Assembly (NCBI GenBank): GCA_020891255.1 | Contig: BQFW01000008.1 | Location: 1-64,000 of the forward strand | Length of the DNA stretch: 64,000 nt | Source of the DNA: Entomortierella parvispora E1425 | Taxonomy: Eukaryota; Fungi; Mortierellomycota | Direction: 5' to 3' | In this document: positions 45,918 through 57,669 of the stretch, piece by piece | How the letters are laid out: each line of letters opens with the position of its first letter | Position numbering within the stretch: position 1 is the stretch's first letter | The notes under the pieces: generated by a model | What the model was told of the DNA's origin: nothing | The model's database searches: none | What the model saw: only the letters and a program-made list of their open reading frames with translations | Made by a program: the position numbers and the translations under genes

Positions 45918-47069
45918 ATGGCTTCCATCATGCCTTTCCCCAACAAGGCCACCCATCGAAGGATGCCCCATCTCCAAAACACACCCAAGCCAACACCGCC
46001 CATCACGCCTCTCGACAGCCCGCTCCATCACCACCTCACGGACGCTGATAGTCACACTATGCACATAAAGGACCAAGAGTCGATCCAGCTTGCCGTGGGA
46101 CCAAACGGCACCAAGGGGCTTTTGCTCGACAGTCAGAGACATGGGGAGAAGAACCCAAGGGCTGATCTCCTTCTTGAAGATAGCAAGGATCATGATCATG
46201 AAAAGGGACTCAAGCCTGATAACAGCCAGCACCTTGTCAGTAGTCGACCAACTTCTCCCCTGGGCTCTCCAATGCCCACCGCATCGGCACCTTCGCTTTC
46301 CTCACACGACTCCAAGTTGATCAAGACTGCTCTCTATGATGCTTTTGGCTGCCTGCACCATCCCTCGGCCCATACCAAGCACTCACTTGCTGCCACTGCG
46401 GCTGCATTGCGCTCAGGCGATGTCACCCCTCTCAAGGGCTCTCCCAGTGCATCTCCTCTTTTGCGACCTGTGCACCTCCGATCGTCAACACCGATTACAC
46501 CACTGGAATTATCGGACGAGGCCTCGGCACCGGGGTATTTTGCCTTGCACTCGAGCTCGACGTCTGCATCGCCTACTCTCGCAGGATCTTCATCATCGCC
46601 AATGTCACCGCCACACGGAAAGCACCATCGCCAAGGTCATGGATCCAGCCATTTGAGCGCGACTTATACCAGCACAGACGATGATTTCTCTGTGCCAGAC
46701 TCAGGAAACTGGTCGCCCCTGTCGCTCTCAAGGAGGTCGTCGATCAACCCCGTGGAGCATCCTGTTTTAAGCTCGTTGCAGACCTTGAGCATTACGCACC
46801 CTCATCCCCCTGAGCATTATCATCCGCACCTTGGACATGATCTAGGACACGACAAGGTCCCAATCCTCATCTCCCCGGCACAGGCGGTGCAGGTCGCCGA
46901 AGAAAAGTCCGAAAAGTCCAAAATAGTTGTTGCCGAGACAACACCAAAAATAATGACCTTTGAGGATCGTGGTTTACAGCCGACTTTTGACTCTACTGTG
47001 CCGTCGAGCCCATTCCCCATGGATCAAAGCTCAATACATGGGTTCCATTCAGGACAGGATCTCGTTTAG
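45918..47069 (+). CDS. Hypothetical S/P/H-rich, largely disordered protein, 383 aa
   Basis: Single ATG-initiated 383-codon ORF in non-repetitive DNA between two genes. No recognisable domain. Confidence 0.7.
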   Translation: MASIMPFPNKATHRRMPHLQNTPKPTPPITPLDSPLHHHLTDADSHTMHIKDQESIQLAVGPNGTKGLLLDSQRHGEKNPRADLLLEDSKDHDHEKGLKPDNSQHLVSSRPTSPLGSPMPTASAPSLSSHDSKLIKTALYDAFGCLHHPSAHTKHSLAATAAALRSGDVTPLKGSPSASPLLRPVHLRSSTPITPLELSDEASAPGYFALHSSSTSASPTLAGSSSSPMSPPHGKHHRQGHGSSHLSATYTSTDDDFSVPDSGNWSPLSLSRRSSINPVEHPVLSSLQTLSITHPHPPEHYHPHLGHDLGHDKVPILISPAQAVQVAEEKSEKSKIVVAETTPKIMTFEDRGLQPTFDSTVPSSPFPMDQSSIHGFHSGQDLV

Positions 47070-47225
47070 GAGTCACTGTTTTATCGCCACTGTGCATAGA
47101 AGAAATGAGCGTAATAAACAGATAAAGTTTCTACATCTTCAATTCTGGTCCTCATACTCGTCCCCCTCCTCTTCTTCATCATCATCCTCATCCTCACTCT
47201 CGTCCGCTTCGTTGCCATCTTCAGA

Positions 47226-49592
47226 CTAGATATCGTCGTCATTCTTGTAGTTGTCTTCACTGGCATCCATGCCTTCTGCAACAGCCTCTATTTCATCTGC
47301 AGTGACGTAGCGAGACGACAATCGAGGTGGATACTCGTTCTTGCCCCTTACACCGACTAGCTGTTCAATCATCCTTGCGTCGGCATCGCTACCGCCCATC
47401 CGTGCGACCAACTGGGACCAGTACAATGATCTGGGGATACGTCCTTTGTCTTGGGGCTCCGGGTCTAAAAAGGTGGCGTCTTCTCCCTCAAATTCTATAC
47501 CTAGGGAACCGAGGCGACCTTCATACTCAATCACCCAGTTGGTACTTCCTGGAGGTGACTGAAATTCAACAACAGAGTCGGCCGAACAGTGATAAACTAC
47601 ATGAAAAGCCCCGGACCACCCTTGACTGGATCCCATCCAGCCTCGATTACGAACATTTAGCTCCCAGCTGTGGACATTGTCGTAGAGTGTACCTGTGGAC
47701 CACCGATCTGTCCAAAATAAAAGAGGATATACCATTAGGATTTGGTTCACAAGCCATTTGGGGACTGACTGACAATTACCATAAGCAAAGACTTCGTACC
47801 ATGCGGTCCAGCATCATTATTGGCTCGAATGCCCTCTGAATCCACAAAGACGTTAGGACCTGGCGTTTTGGCGCCAGTGATAAAGTCGTGTCGTGCATCA
47901 GTTGCAAAACACCGCTTGACAAGCCCCATTTGTCCTTGTAGCATGAACATGTATCTTCTCCCTCCCTCAGATCGCAAGGATATCGGATCGTTGACTTCAC
48001 AGTCTTGAATAGTAACATGTTTGGAGCCGGCGGCAGCTTTGATGCCAGAAACAAAATTTCGCGTCTTTATGTCGGCTGCCCAACAGTTCTCACAATGATC
48101 GATCATGATAGCAAACCAGCCGTGGCGCTCATCTTCAATGTCTTTGGGGTCGTACTCGGACCAAAGAGCGAGGTTCTCTACACCGACATCATTAGGGATA
48201 GGAGTTTCGCGCTTGAAGTTATACACGGATCCTGGACCAATGATTGGATCCATGGCCATGACGGTTGGGATATCTATAGTCAAATAGCCTGGAACCCAGC
48301 TCGAATTGACCTCAAACTCTTCATCATCTTCGCTCCCCATAGTCTCTGGCTCAATTGTAGTATCTGGTCGTGCTTTCCCTGTCCTGTTCGTATCAGCGGT
48401 GTAACGAATAACTGTTTGCTGTCGTGACTCCTCCATCCTTTTCTCTGTGCTTTCTTCGTCGTCCATTTCCATGACCTGCTCTGTATCGTCGCCTTTAGAG
48501 ACAACTCCAGGTGATGGTGTCGCCTTTTCGATTGCCAAGATCTTGCGCACATATCGTAGTGTGAACTGTTTAGGATGCCAGTTCAACGTCCGTGAGGGGT
48601 CTTCGGGCCTCGGTTTGATATGGTTCGTCCCAATCATCGCAATCCAAGCCTGTGTTGCCTCTCGTTCCACCACAATATCACCCCCAACCTCGAAGTTTCT
48701 CACGTCCTTCACAGGGAGCCGCGTCGTTCCTGTGGGAATGTATACATCCTGCAAAGGCGTCACGTCCTCATCCTGAACTACATAGGGATCCTTGGGCGAC
48801 AATACCTTGCTTCCACCATACCATTCCAGATACTCAGATGTGCCCTGGAATTTCGGATCCAACATTCCGTTCAGGACAATAAAGTCGTGTTTAAACTGAC
48901 CAACTGCCATCAAAACGGTGCCGTCGGGGCCGTTGCCCTCACCGCGGAGAACCACGCCAGATTTGTTCAGGAGCAGTGCTCCCTGAATCCGGTAAATGCC
49001 GGCTTGCAACAGAACAGCACCTCTGGTCTGGATCACAGTCTGGCCATCCCGGAGCACAAAGGGTTGTAAAGGCTGAGTGGCGATCCAGTCGATGGCCTTT
49101 TGGATCCTGGCTCGGTCATTGATCCGTGGGTCGGCAGAGGGTTGCAGAGTGATGAGGACAGGTACGATAGGCAAAGGGACATGACCATCTCTATAGCCAC
49201 TGTGAACAGAACAACATGGTGGTCAGAGTCAGCTGCATGCATCTCGATCACAACTACCAGAATTTAGTTACACTCGGCTAAAGTCAGGGATGCGGTTTCC
49301 CCATTTATCTGGTGGAAAATCGGTAGGGGGAGGGAGGTGAGGGAGGGCTTGAATGGGGATTTGATTGCGAGAGAAGCGTCCTGGGATGGCCGCTAATATA
49401 GTAACAACACGAGTGAAGAGATAGTGGTGAACACGACTGTGGGGATATTGTTTGTTTCTGATTTGGCGAAATGAAGGTAGCAAGAGAGTCTGGGGTACCC
49501 TGGTCACGGTCTGTTTGTGCAAGAGCGGCTCTAGACAGACAGAAGAGGGCTGTCAAGGAGACGAGCGCCAGCTGTCGTCGATAGGTTGGCAT
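47226..49592 (-). CDS. Secreted pectin-lyase-like right-handed beta-helix protein of bacterial type; 4 predicted exons
   Basis: Signal peptide MPTYRRQLALVSLTALFCLSRAALA. Motifs GNRIPDFSRVGY, GAVLLQAGIYRI, SGVVLRGEG, RHDF, GPHHRWSTGTLYDNV, NRG..GWSG, PRSLYWSQL. Confidence 0.8.
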
Positions 49593-50122
49593 TGAGAGTG
49601 GAAAGTGGAGTAGCGCTAGAAGAGAGAAAGAAAGGGAGGATGATCAGACTCCTAAGGTTCACGAGCAATGAATATATCGAGGCCGAGGTTGGCCCGAGTC
49701 GGAATCCATAAAACTGCAAGGGAATGAAGACGGATCGAGCAATTGCGCCTGCACCGAGGATCGAGGAGATGCGTGTTTCGGCTGCCCACGCGCCACGAAG
49801 GGGAAGGAGGGACAATAGGGCGAAAGGAAGGGAGATACCCCTGGGATTTGCGTCGTATCGGTGCGGCGGTAGTGCGCGCTCAGCTCATCAGCTCATCAGC
49901 AAAATTTCGAGCATGGCAAGAGTCAGCTAGAAAAAAAATGAGGCGATGACTCAGTCCATGTTTCGCGGTCTGGCTGAGTGTCTGTCGGCCAGATGTTGTT
50001 TGTCTTTCTTTCTCCTTCTCGCCTTCTTTCTCTCTTTCTTTCCTCATTCATTGCATCGCTGCACATCCCTCCCCTCTCTCTCATTCTCATTCTCCACTCA
50101 TTCACAACGCCACACCTGGACC

Positions 50123-51358
50123 ATGAACTTGCTCGAAAAGGACAACGCCCTCAGTCTCGCCAGGGTACTGGCCACTTGCAGCGCACGCACGCTTCGCCCA
50201 ACCGGAGATTTTTATCTTTTTATTTTTTGTCCCTGCTGATCATTGAACCTTTGCATTTCCATTCATCCCATAGCTCCGTGATGTGCTCATTCGTCTTGAA
50301 GACACCATCATTTTCGGTAACAGAAGCTGACTTTAGCCTGATACTCGCAGTATGAACTGTCTCTTTTGTTCGGAATACATCTCTTACTCACAATCGTGCA
50401 TCTTGTGATAGCCCTGATCGAACGTGCCCAGTTTGCACTCAACGCCTGCACTTACCAGCCTGGCGTGTACGAGTACAACGATGGATACAAAGGATCGTTC
50501 CTTGGATACTTTTTGCACGAGATGGAGAAAGTGCACTGTATGTTTCCTTTGTTCCGTTCGCGAGAACGATAAGGACTGGATGTCATAGGGATAAAACTGA
50601 CTTTTTTTCTCTTTCTCGCTCGGTTTTCAACCGTTTAGCCCGCGTGCGTCGATACACCTCGCCTGACGAATACCCCTTCACCTCGCCCTTGCCTGCACCC
50701 ATCCTTCCCACCTTGGATTTCCCTCCCACTCTGCATCCAAACCACATCAATGTGAACAGTGACATCATGGACAGATACCTCCAAGACATTGTCCCAAAGA
50801 TTTGTGCCCCTGGAGACGACCTCAACTATGGATCTTCTGCTACCCGGGATGTCGAATGTCTTCAAGCTTTGAGCAAACGTATTCACTATGGTACGATTAG
50901 ATAGGGAGACTTACTGTTATTTGCCTGGGAAGGGGCTCTTTGGAGGATCCGCATTCAATTCCGTCACTGATCCATTTCTTTCTCAATTGATGTCCGCAGG
51001 CAAGTTCATTGCAGAGTCAAAGTTCCAGGATCCAGCGCAGCAGCAAACTTATATTCAGTTAATTCGCGCCAAGGATCGCGATGGCATTATGGAGCTCCTT
51101 ACGAACCGGACTGTAGAGGCGGCCTTGTTGAGACGTTTGAGACGCAAGGCTATGATCTACGGTCATGATATCACCGAGAAGGGCGATATTATTCTGGAAG
51201 ATGAGGGCTCGACCCCAACTCAACAAAAAATCCCCGCAGACGTGGTTGTGGATCTCTATGAACGTTTCGTAATCCCATTGACCAAGGAGGTTGAAGTCGA
51301 GTACTTATTGAAGCGGTTGGATGGGTGGCAGGACCCCAGTGCAACTACGTCTTCTTAA
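50123..51358 (+). CDS. ARO7: Chorismate mutase (eukaryotic AroQ); multi-exon
   Basis: [81 protein letters not shown]. Confidence 0.96.
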
Positions 51359-51483
51359 GAAGCACCAGTTCAGCATTGGGAGTGTCATCAAGCGCAAACG
51401 AATGGAGCTATATTTCACAATAAAAGAACTACGAGTGAACGAACGATCGAATGACCTGGGGAGAGGGCAAGTAGGTCCTTATT

Positions 51484-52811
51484 TTATTGTATTTTGATAT
51501 AACGAGCTTTTCCCAGTCGGATATCTCTGAGGCGAGGGACGCGGCTGGTTATCGAGGCGTGCTCAAACAGGCGGGCTAGGAGGGCTGATTCTAGAGCCAA
51601 GATCTCGTCATCTGATCCCGTCATCACTTGTAGTTCCCAAAGATGGTTCACATCCACTTTGAAATATATCTAGGCAGTTGCAGAACCTGAAACAGCAAGC
51701 ACCAAACATTCAAGGAAGTTGGTGTCCCAAGGCCTTGATGTCAGCACTGCAATCAGGCCATCTTCGCCCACCACATTCTTGGTATCCAAAAAGCGGAGGA
51801 TCGACAGCCGTGGAAAGCGGGTCATCATCTCCCGCAAAAATATGGCCCGTACAGTTGAGGCCTCTGCCTGTGCAGAATAAAATTCTTCCTTGTCGTAATT
51901 GTCCACATCATCTTCTTCTGTCGCCTGGATGGTGATACCAAACTGTTCAAGAGTAGCTTGATGGTATCGAACTGCACCTCGAGCGCTCTCTTCCAAGTCA
52001 TCGACGCGCAAGTCCAATAGGCGAAGTTCTCCACAACTTCGAACGAGTTCTGCAGCGCCGTAATCCTCTGCAGCTGAATCAGCGTCGTCACCGCTGCTGT
52101 TGCTGTTGTTATCGTCGTCGTCGTCGTCGTCGCTTCCCTCGTGTGTCTTGTCATGTATCCAACTTGACTTGAACTGCAATGCTTTGATGCGAATCTGATT
52201 GTCGTGTAGAACTTTTGTCAGTCGATCGAGCCTGTACCAAGCGTCGGCGCTGACAATGAGCGATTCGAGTTTAGGGCAGAATGCGACAAGTCCCTCCAGC
52301 GGAGGCTGTATCGCATCACTAAGATGAAGAAACAGCCGGGTCACATTGGGGAAGGAAGCCGTTGTCAAGAATGACGGGTCATATCGGCCTTGAATGTTCA
52401 CCAAGTCCAAACTAGTAAGTCGTTTGGTCACCTCGGGCACAAAAATCCGACCAAAATCCTTTGGTTCAGGCGCGAGCAATGGGGAACGTCAAGACCCGAG
52501 AGAGTCGCCAGCGAAACGCCAATGACCAAAGAGCGCCAGGATTGTAAATCTGTGAGTACGTGTTTCAAAATACGGGAATACTGATCTAGTACCGGCTGTG
52601 GGACCAAGGCCATGGCGTGCCCCATATAACATCGCCACAAGACTGGGAAGAGCATCCTGCGCCAAAATGACGAAACGAAGCAGCAGGAGAGCAGGTCTTT
52701 TGGGCGGAAAAAGTAGCCATCAATGGTTTGAGTCCGACGCTCAAAGTATGGAAGGCTGACGCCAACTAAGGTCAGGATTTCTGGAATCTCGAGAGGAATG
52801 GTGGCCGACAT
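51484..52811 (-). pseudogene. F-box/LRR (RNI-like) gene with a frame break near 52450 and an in-frame TAG at 51670
   Basis: F-box-like MSATIPLEIPEIL...DLLSCCFVSSFWRRMLFPVLW, LRR-like segments in a second frame, and 61 open codons after the TAG. It could instead be intact via weak introns or readthrough. Confidence 0.6.
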
Positions 52812-55105
52812 CTCGATGGGGATGAAGCAATGGAGGGGTTGCGTCGAGAGTGCAAGGACCCACATTTGGTGGCAAAAGATGCAGTGCTCAAAAGGAACAC
52901 GCGAAGTGATACAGTATGTCGTCTAGGCCCTGTTGATTGTCCATTGACATTGGCAGTCGGCTGCTGTACATTCTGTCCGCATTGTCGCCCGTTCGTGTGT
53001 TGCCCGTGCGACTGTCGCCACTGCTGAAATAGGAGATTCCCCGCCTTGCGGACATGTTCAAAGTTCTAATGAACATTGAGCTTGAAGTACCATGCAGCGA
53101 AGGTATTGAGTCAGGGTCTTCGTGTACCTTCATCTTCCTCCAGTCGGACTATAGATCGGTAAATCACGCGGTCGTGTACAGCGGGGTGAGAATTTTCTTC
53201 CTTGGCTCCACAGTTTTTGTAAGATGAACAACCTTTACCGAAAAATAACCGCCGTTGGGGAGGAACATTGTGAGGAAAATTCCTCCTTTTGGGAACTGCA
53301 AAAGCGGGGGAGCTGTCAAGAAAAAAACGGGGGAGTAAAAATCGATCGAGAGCAATTGGCAGCGATTTAAGGACTCTTTCGACCCTGTTGGGGCTTCCAT
53401 TGAAACAGACAGAGGCTGGTCTTTGCAGGCTTTGAAGGAGGGTCCATCTCTTTCTGGATGCTTTTGGGTTGCTCACAGGAATGTTTCCCCGTGTTTTTCT
53501 AAACATGTACATGTTCATGCGAGGGTGATCGTACATGCGCTCGTGGGCGGAATCGGAAAGGTGGGGAAGGACGATCTGTCAAACAGGATGTGAAGTTACA
53601 CCAAAGTAGAAGACGCCGGTGCCCGTCTTTTTGGATCTCGTCAATGGATTGTGCGGCAAGGGGATTCTTTTTTTTTCTTATCTTTTATGATCAGTGTTAT
53701 TTCCAGGTACAGGCTGGGATCCAGGGTCCGATCGCCTGGTGCACGGTCTAAATGATCACGGTGCAGCGACTAGGCCCCAGCTGGGTTATCCCAATGACGA
53801 CGATGCGATGACGGTCGCCTGCTGATGACAGAGGATGTCGAAGGTTGACCGACACTCGATGTACGTCCCTGGACTGCTGGAGGGAATTTAAAATTATCGC
53901 AGCGGCCAATGACAAAAACTTATTAAAAAAAGTGGATCTTCCCCGCCTTTTTCTTTTCCTGCTACTCCGCATCGCTCCCGCCTCTGTGGGGAGAATCGTC
54001 CCTGACATGGTCTGGATCGAGTTTGAGACTGGTACCCTTCATCGTTGCAGAGAAGGAGTCCCTTGCAGGTTGCCTTGCAGCTAATCCTCGGTTTTAAGGA
54101 CAGAAGAATTGCCACTCAATTTCATCCTGGATCATCTTTGCCTGGGCGCTGTTTTTCTTGTGGGCAAGATCGTCGCCGCACAGTGTTAATAACGCCTGCT
54201 CTTGTTGACGCTGGAGCGGTCGAACCACCGCCAGTCAACAAAAGACCAAAGCAGAGAGAAAGACAAGGAGACAAACAGAACAAGGTTGCAAGCTGCCCGT
54301 GTTTTTTGACAAAGGAACACGCGTGTGTTCAGAGCCAAGGGCAAGCGAACAAACTCTCCGTTGGTGCGGTTTGGCGGAAAAGGTCTGCTTGACTAAACCT
54401 TGGGAGGTGTGGCCTATGATTCCTCCGGGAGTCAACTCTCTTTGAGGCTGTCCTAAAGAGTAACAATTCAATCGCACCGAAACTGAACAGAATACCCTTG
54501 TTTAGAGTCCAATGTAAAAGTTATTTTTCCACCCATCATTCTTCCCCATGCGGACCATGCCTCCGGCCACCAACCAGATCGGCCATCCACTGCCTCCAAC
54601 CAACGGACAGCGTCCCTCCAGACTACAAACAAAGCAAAAGGGCCAATGACACACTGCCCTGGATCAGCCCTTCCAGCAGTATAAATACCCAGACCCCGAC
54701 GCTACCATCCCCCTTTCTTGGTTCCTGCTCTGTCTTGTACCTCCTCTTCATACTTCCCTGCAGTCTTTCCTATATCCTTTTGTCAATCCTCATCCACGTT
54801 CTCGTTCACATTCATCTCCGATTCTCGACTCGCCTACCCTCGCGCTCGTGACATCCTTATACCCTCTTTTTTTGCCAGTCTCCATCACTCCTCTCTTTCA
54901 TAACCTACCACCTCCCTTCTCTCGTCTCCTTTTCTCTTCCTCCCCTCCTTGCGAGCACACTACCACCTTCAGTTTCTCTTGAAAGCATTTGATCCAGCCG
55001 TTTTTTTTACGACTCAGCACCGCGTTTAATAACATCGCACAAAGTCGAGCTCCAGTCCTTCAGAATCATCTCCAGACAATCGTTCATACTCTCAAGCCTC
55101 AAAAC

Positions 55106-55677
55106 ATGTCTATCCTCGACAGCGTCATCTTTTGCGCCTTCCTTTGCCTGGTCGGTGGTATTGCCACGGCCTCCCAGGGACCCGTCAATTCCAAGCTCGG
55201 CCAATACACTGGCCAGGGTCTCTCCTCGACCATTGTCTTTGCCCTGGGTATGTGTCGTTACTGCCAAAGAAGGAAAACGAGGGTGCTATACATGTCGCCC
55301 AGCGACTGAACCCAACGCTGACCACACCTTTTTTAATTTTTGTGTTTCAAACAGGCGCCGTTGCTTCCTGTGTCTACTTCTTGATCGAGGTCAAAGGCCG
55401 CCCACCAATGAATCTCGCCATGATGGCTGCCAAGGCACCTTGGTGGGCCTGGACCGGAGGTGTGATCGGAGCCATCTTTGTCATCATTACCATTCTTGTG
55501 ATTCCAAAGCTCGGTGCTGGTACAACGACTGCCATTATTGTGTGTGCCCAATTGGTGTTCTCGTGCATCATTGACAACTTTGCGCTGTTCGACATGCCCC
55601 ACCGCCAGTACACCCTCTGGCGCGGTCTTGCCAGTGTCGGCCTGATCGGCTGTGTCGGTGTCATTGCCAAGTTCTAG
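55106..55677 (+). CDS. YdcZ/DUF606-type small DMT transporter; join(55106..55247,55355..55677)
   Basis: GGIATASQGPVNSKLG, APWWAWTGGVIGA, IPKLGAG, AQLVFSCIIDNFALF. One GT-AG intron. Confidence 0.88.
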
Positions 55678-57082
55678 AGGAGAGGCCCTTGGCTCCCTCA
55701 CTCTGTTTGTTATATATTTCGATGGGTACAGGTGTGCTTCCTACGGAGGCACATCCCATGGGCCGCAGATACCAACGTCGACGTCTGTCACCTGGCCCTA
55801 AACACATCATGATACCTTGCTGATGCGAAGAAGCAATCGCCCTCGTCGACGTGAACAAACATCCGATATTTGAAAAAATATCAAATAAAAAATTCTGTAC
55901 ATTATAAACTATGCGAGGTATTTTATTTTTTATCGCGGATCTCATCTGTGCCCAGCTGGCTCAGCCCAATCTCTCCCCCCCCCCCTTCGCCCAAACTCGA
56001 GCGAGAGGGAACACGCTTCTTTTGCTTTGTCTTTTTTTGACTTCAATGTCGGATCTCTTTTGATTTCAGCTCCCCCCTCATCTCTGATTTCATCTCTCCC
56101 ATTCGCGCATTCTGTTCAAAGCTCATTGATCGTTCCACCGGCCGTAAATCAGCCTGTAAGTTGATGTCCCTACCGTCTCATCTCCTGCCGGATCTCACTC
56201 TGGTTGCCTGCATTATGATCTCTCCGCCAGTCTCGGGAAACAGGCTCTCCGGCGCCCAGCTTGTCTTCTCCATGAGCAGACCTGTTGCCAAGAGAACTGG
56301 TGGAATGGGACACAGGCCAAAGATGCGACAGCCGACTTTTTTTTTGTTCTTCAGACACAAAAGACACAAAAGACACACACCACACCACCGTTCTCTCAAA
56401 CGCCGAGCAATATAATGTGCTGTCGTCTTCTGTTCAGGGTCAAGGCTCGGCTTTTTCATTATTGTCATCTTGAATGGCCCTGCTCACTTTCTTCTCTTGT
56501 GTCAGACATCAGCCGTCTTCTGTTGTTGGACCCGGAGGAGGAGTATAAGCCCAGCTCTGTCCTCCCCATTCTATATTTTCCTCTTCCCTATTCCCTGTGT
56601 TGTTTTCCCTTCTTCATTGTCTGTGTCCCTTCCCCCTTCCCTTCCGGTATAATTTTCTTTCGCCCAATCCCAATTGTTGTGCGTGCTTCAAAGATCGCTT
56701 TTCTTTCTTCCCGCGCGCCTCCCTTTTTCTCTGGCAAGGTCCTGCTTTGTACCCCCGTCTCTGACTTGTTTGTCGTCCCACGCCCCTGCTGGTTGAACTG
56801 TGCCCGCCCATCATCCCAAAGAGACATCTCCCTCTCTCTCCTCCCTTCGAGCGGACCCAGTCTCTGTCCCAAAGGACGAGCCCAAATTCAACCGCGTCAC
56901 AGCAACGCCCTGGCCATCTGGCCGTCTCATTGTCCTCACGTTCATCACCCTTGCTCGCTTCTCCAGCACACAGTTGACCTTTGACAAACTTTCTGCGGGA
57001 CTCGTTTGGCGATCCTCTTCTCCACATTGACTGTCCGTCCCCTTGATATCTTGATATACTACCATAGTCACTGACAACAACG

Positions 57083-57634
57083 ATGACTCGATACCCCAGC
57101 ACGCCACTGCGTACAGGCGATCCACTGCTGCAACGCCAGGACCTGCAACAGGAGCAGCAATTGCAACAACAACAACAACAAACATGTCCCATCATCTCGC
57201 TCGCGCTGTCCCGCTTCAGCCACACCGACTGCACCGCCAGCCTTGTGTTCTCTCTTCAGGAAGAGGATCCCAATAAGATTGACCCTCTTGACGCCACCGC
57301 GACCGCGACGGCAGCTAGCTCACTTGCACCGTGGAACTCGATCTACATTCCCAAGCATTACCGGGTGCCGATTCCGGGTCAGCGACAATCGTCTCCAGGT
57401 ACGCATGAAGCCAATAGAATGAATGAGTTCATGGAATGAGAGAAAGATCCTCGTCGTTCTTTTGCACCTTTCTCGTTTCTTGCTTTCCCTTCTGTCTCTG
57501 CCTTGTATCTTTTTTGTCAAGCACAGACACGCAGACAGACAGGCAGGCATGGGTGGACGACAACCCGCGTCTTGTTCGAACGAACACGACGGGTGCACCT
57601 GCACCCATCCATATACATGCCTGGACACACACAG

Positions 57635-57669
<35 letters not shown>

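Noticed and set aside
52888-54900. Possible gene between the F-box locus and the DMT gene
   Set aside because: Short ORFs in mixed frames with no recognisable domain or consistent splice model. A decayed gene cannot be excluded.
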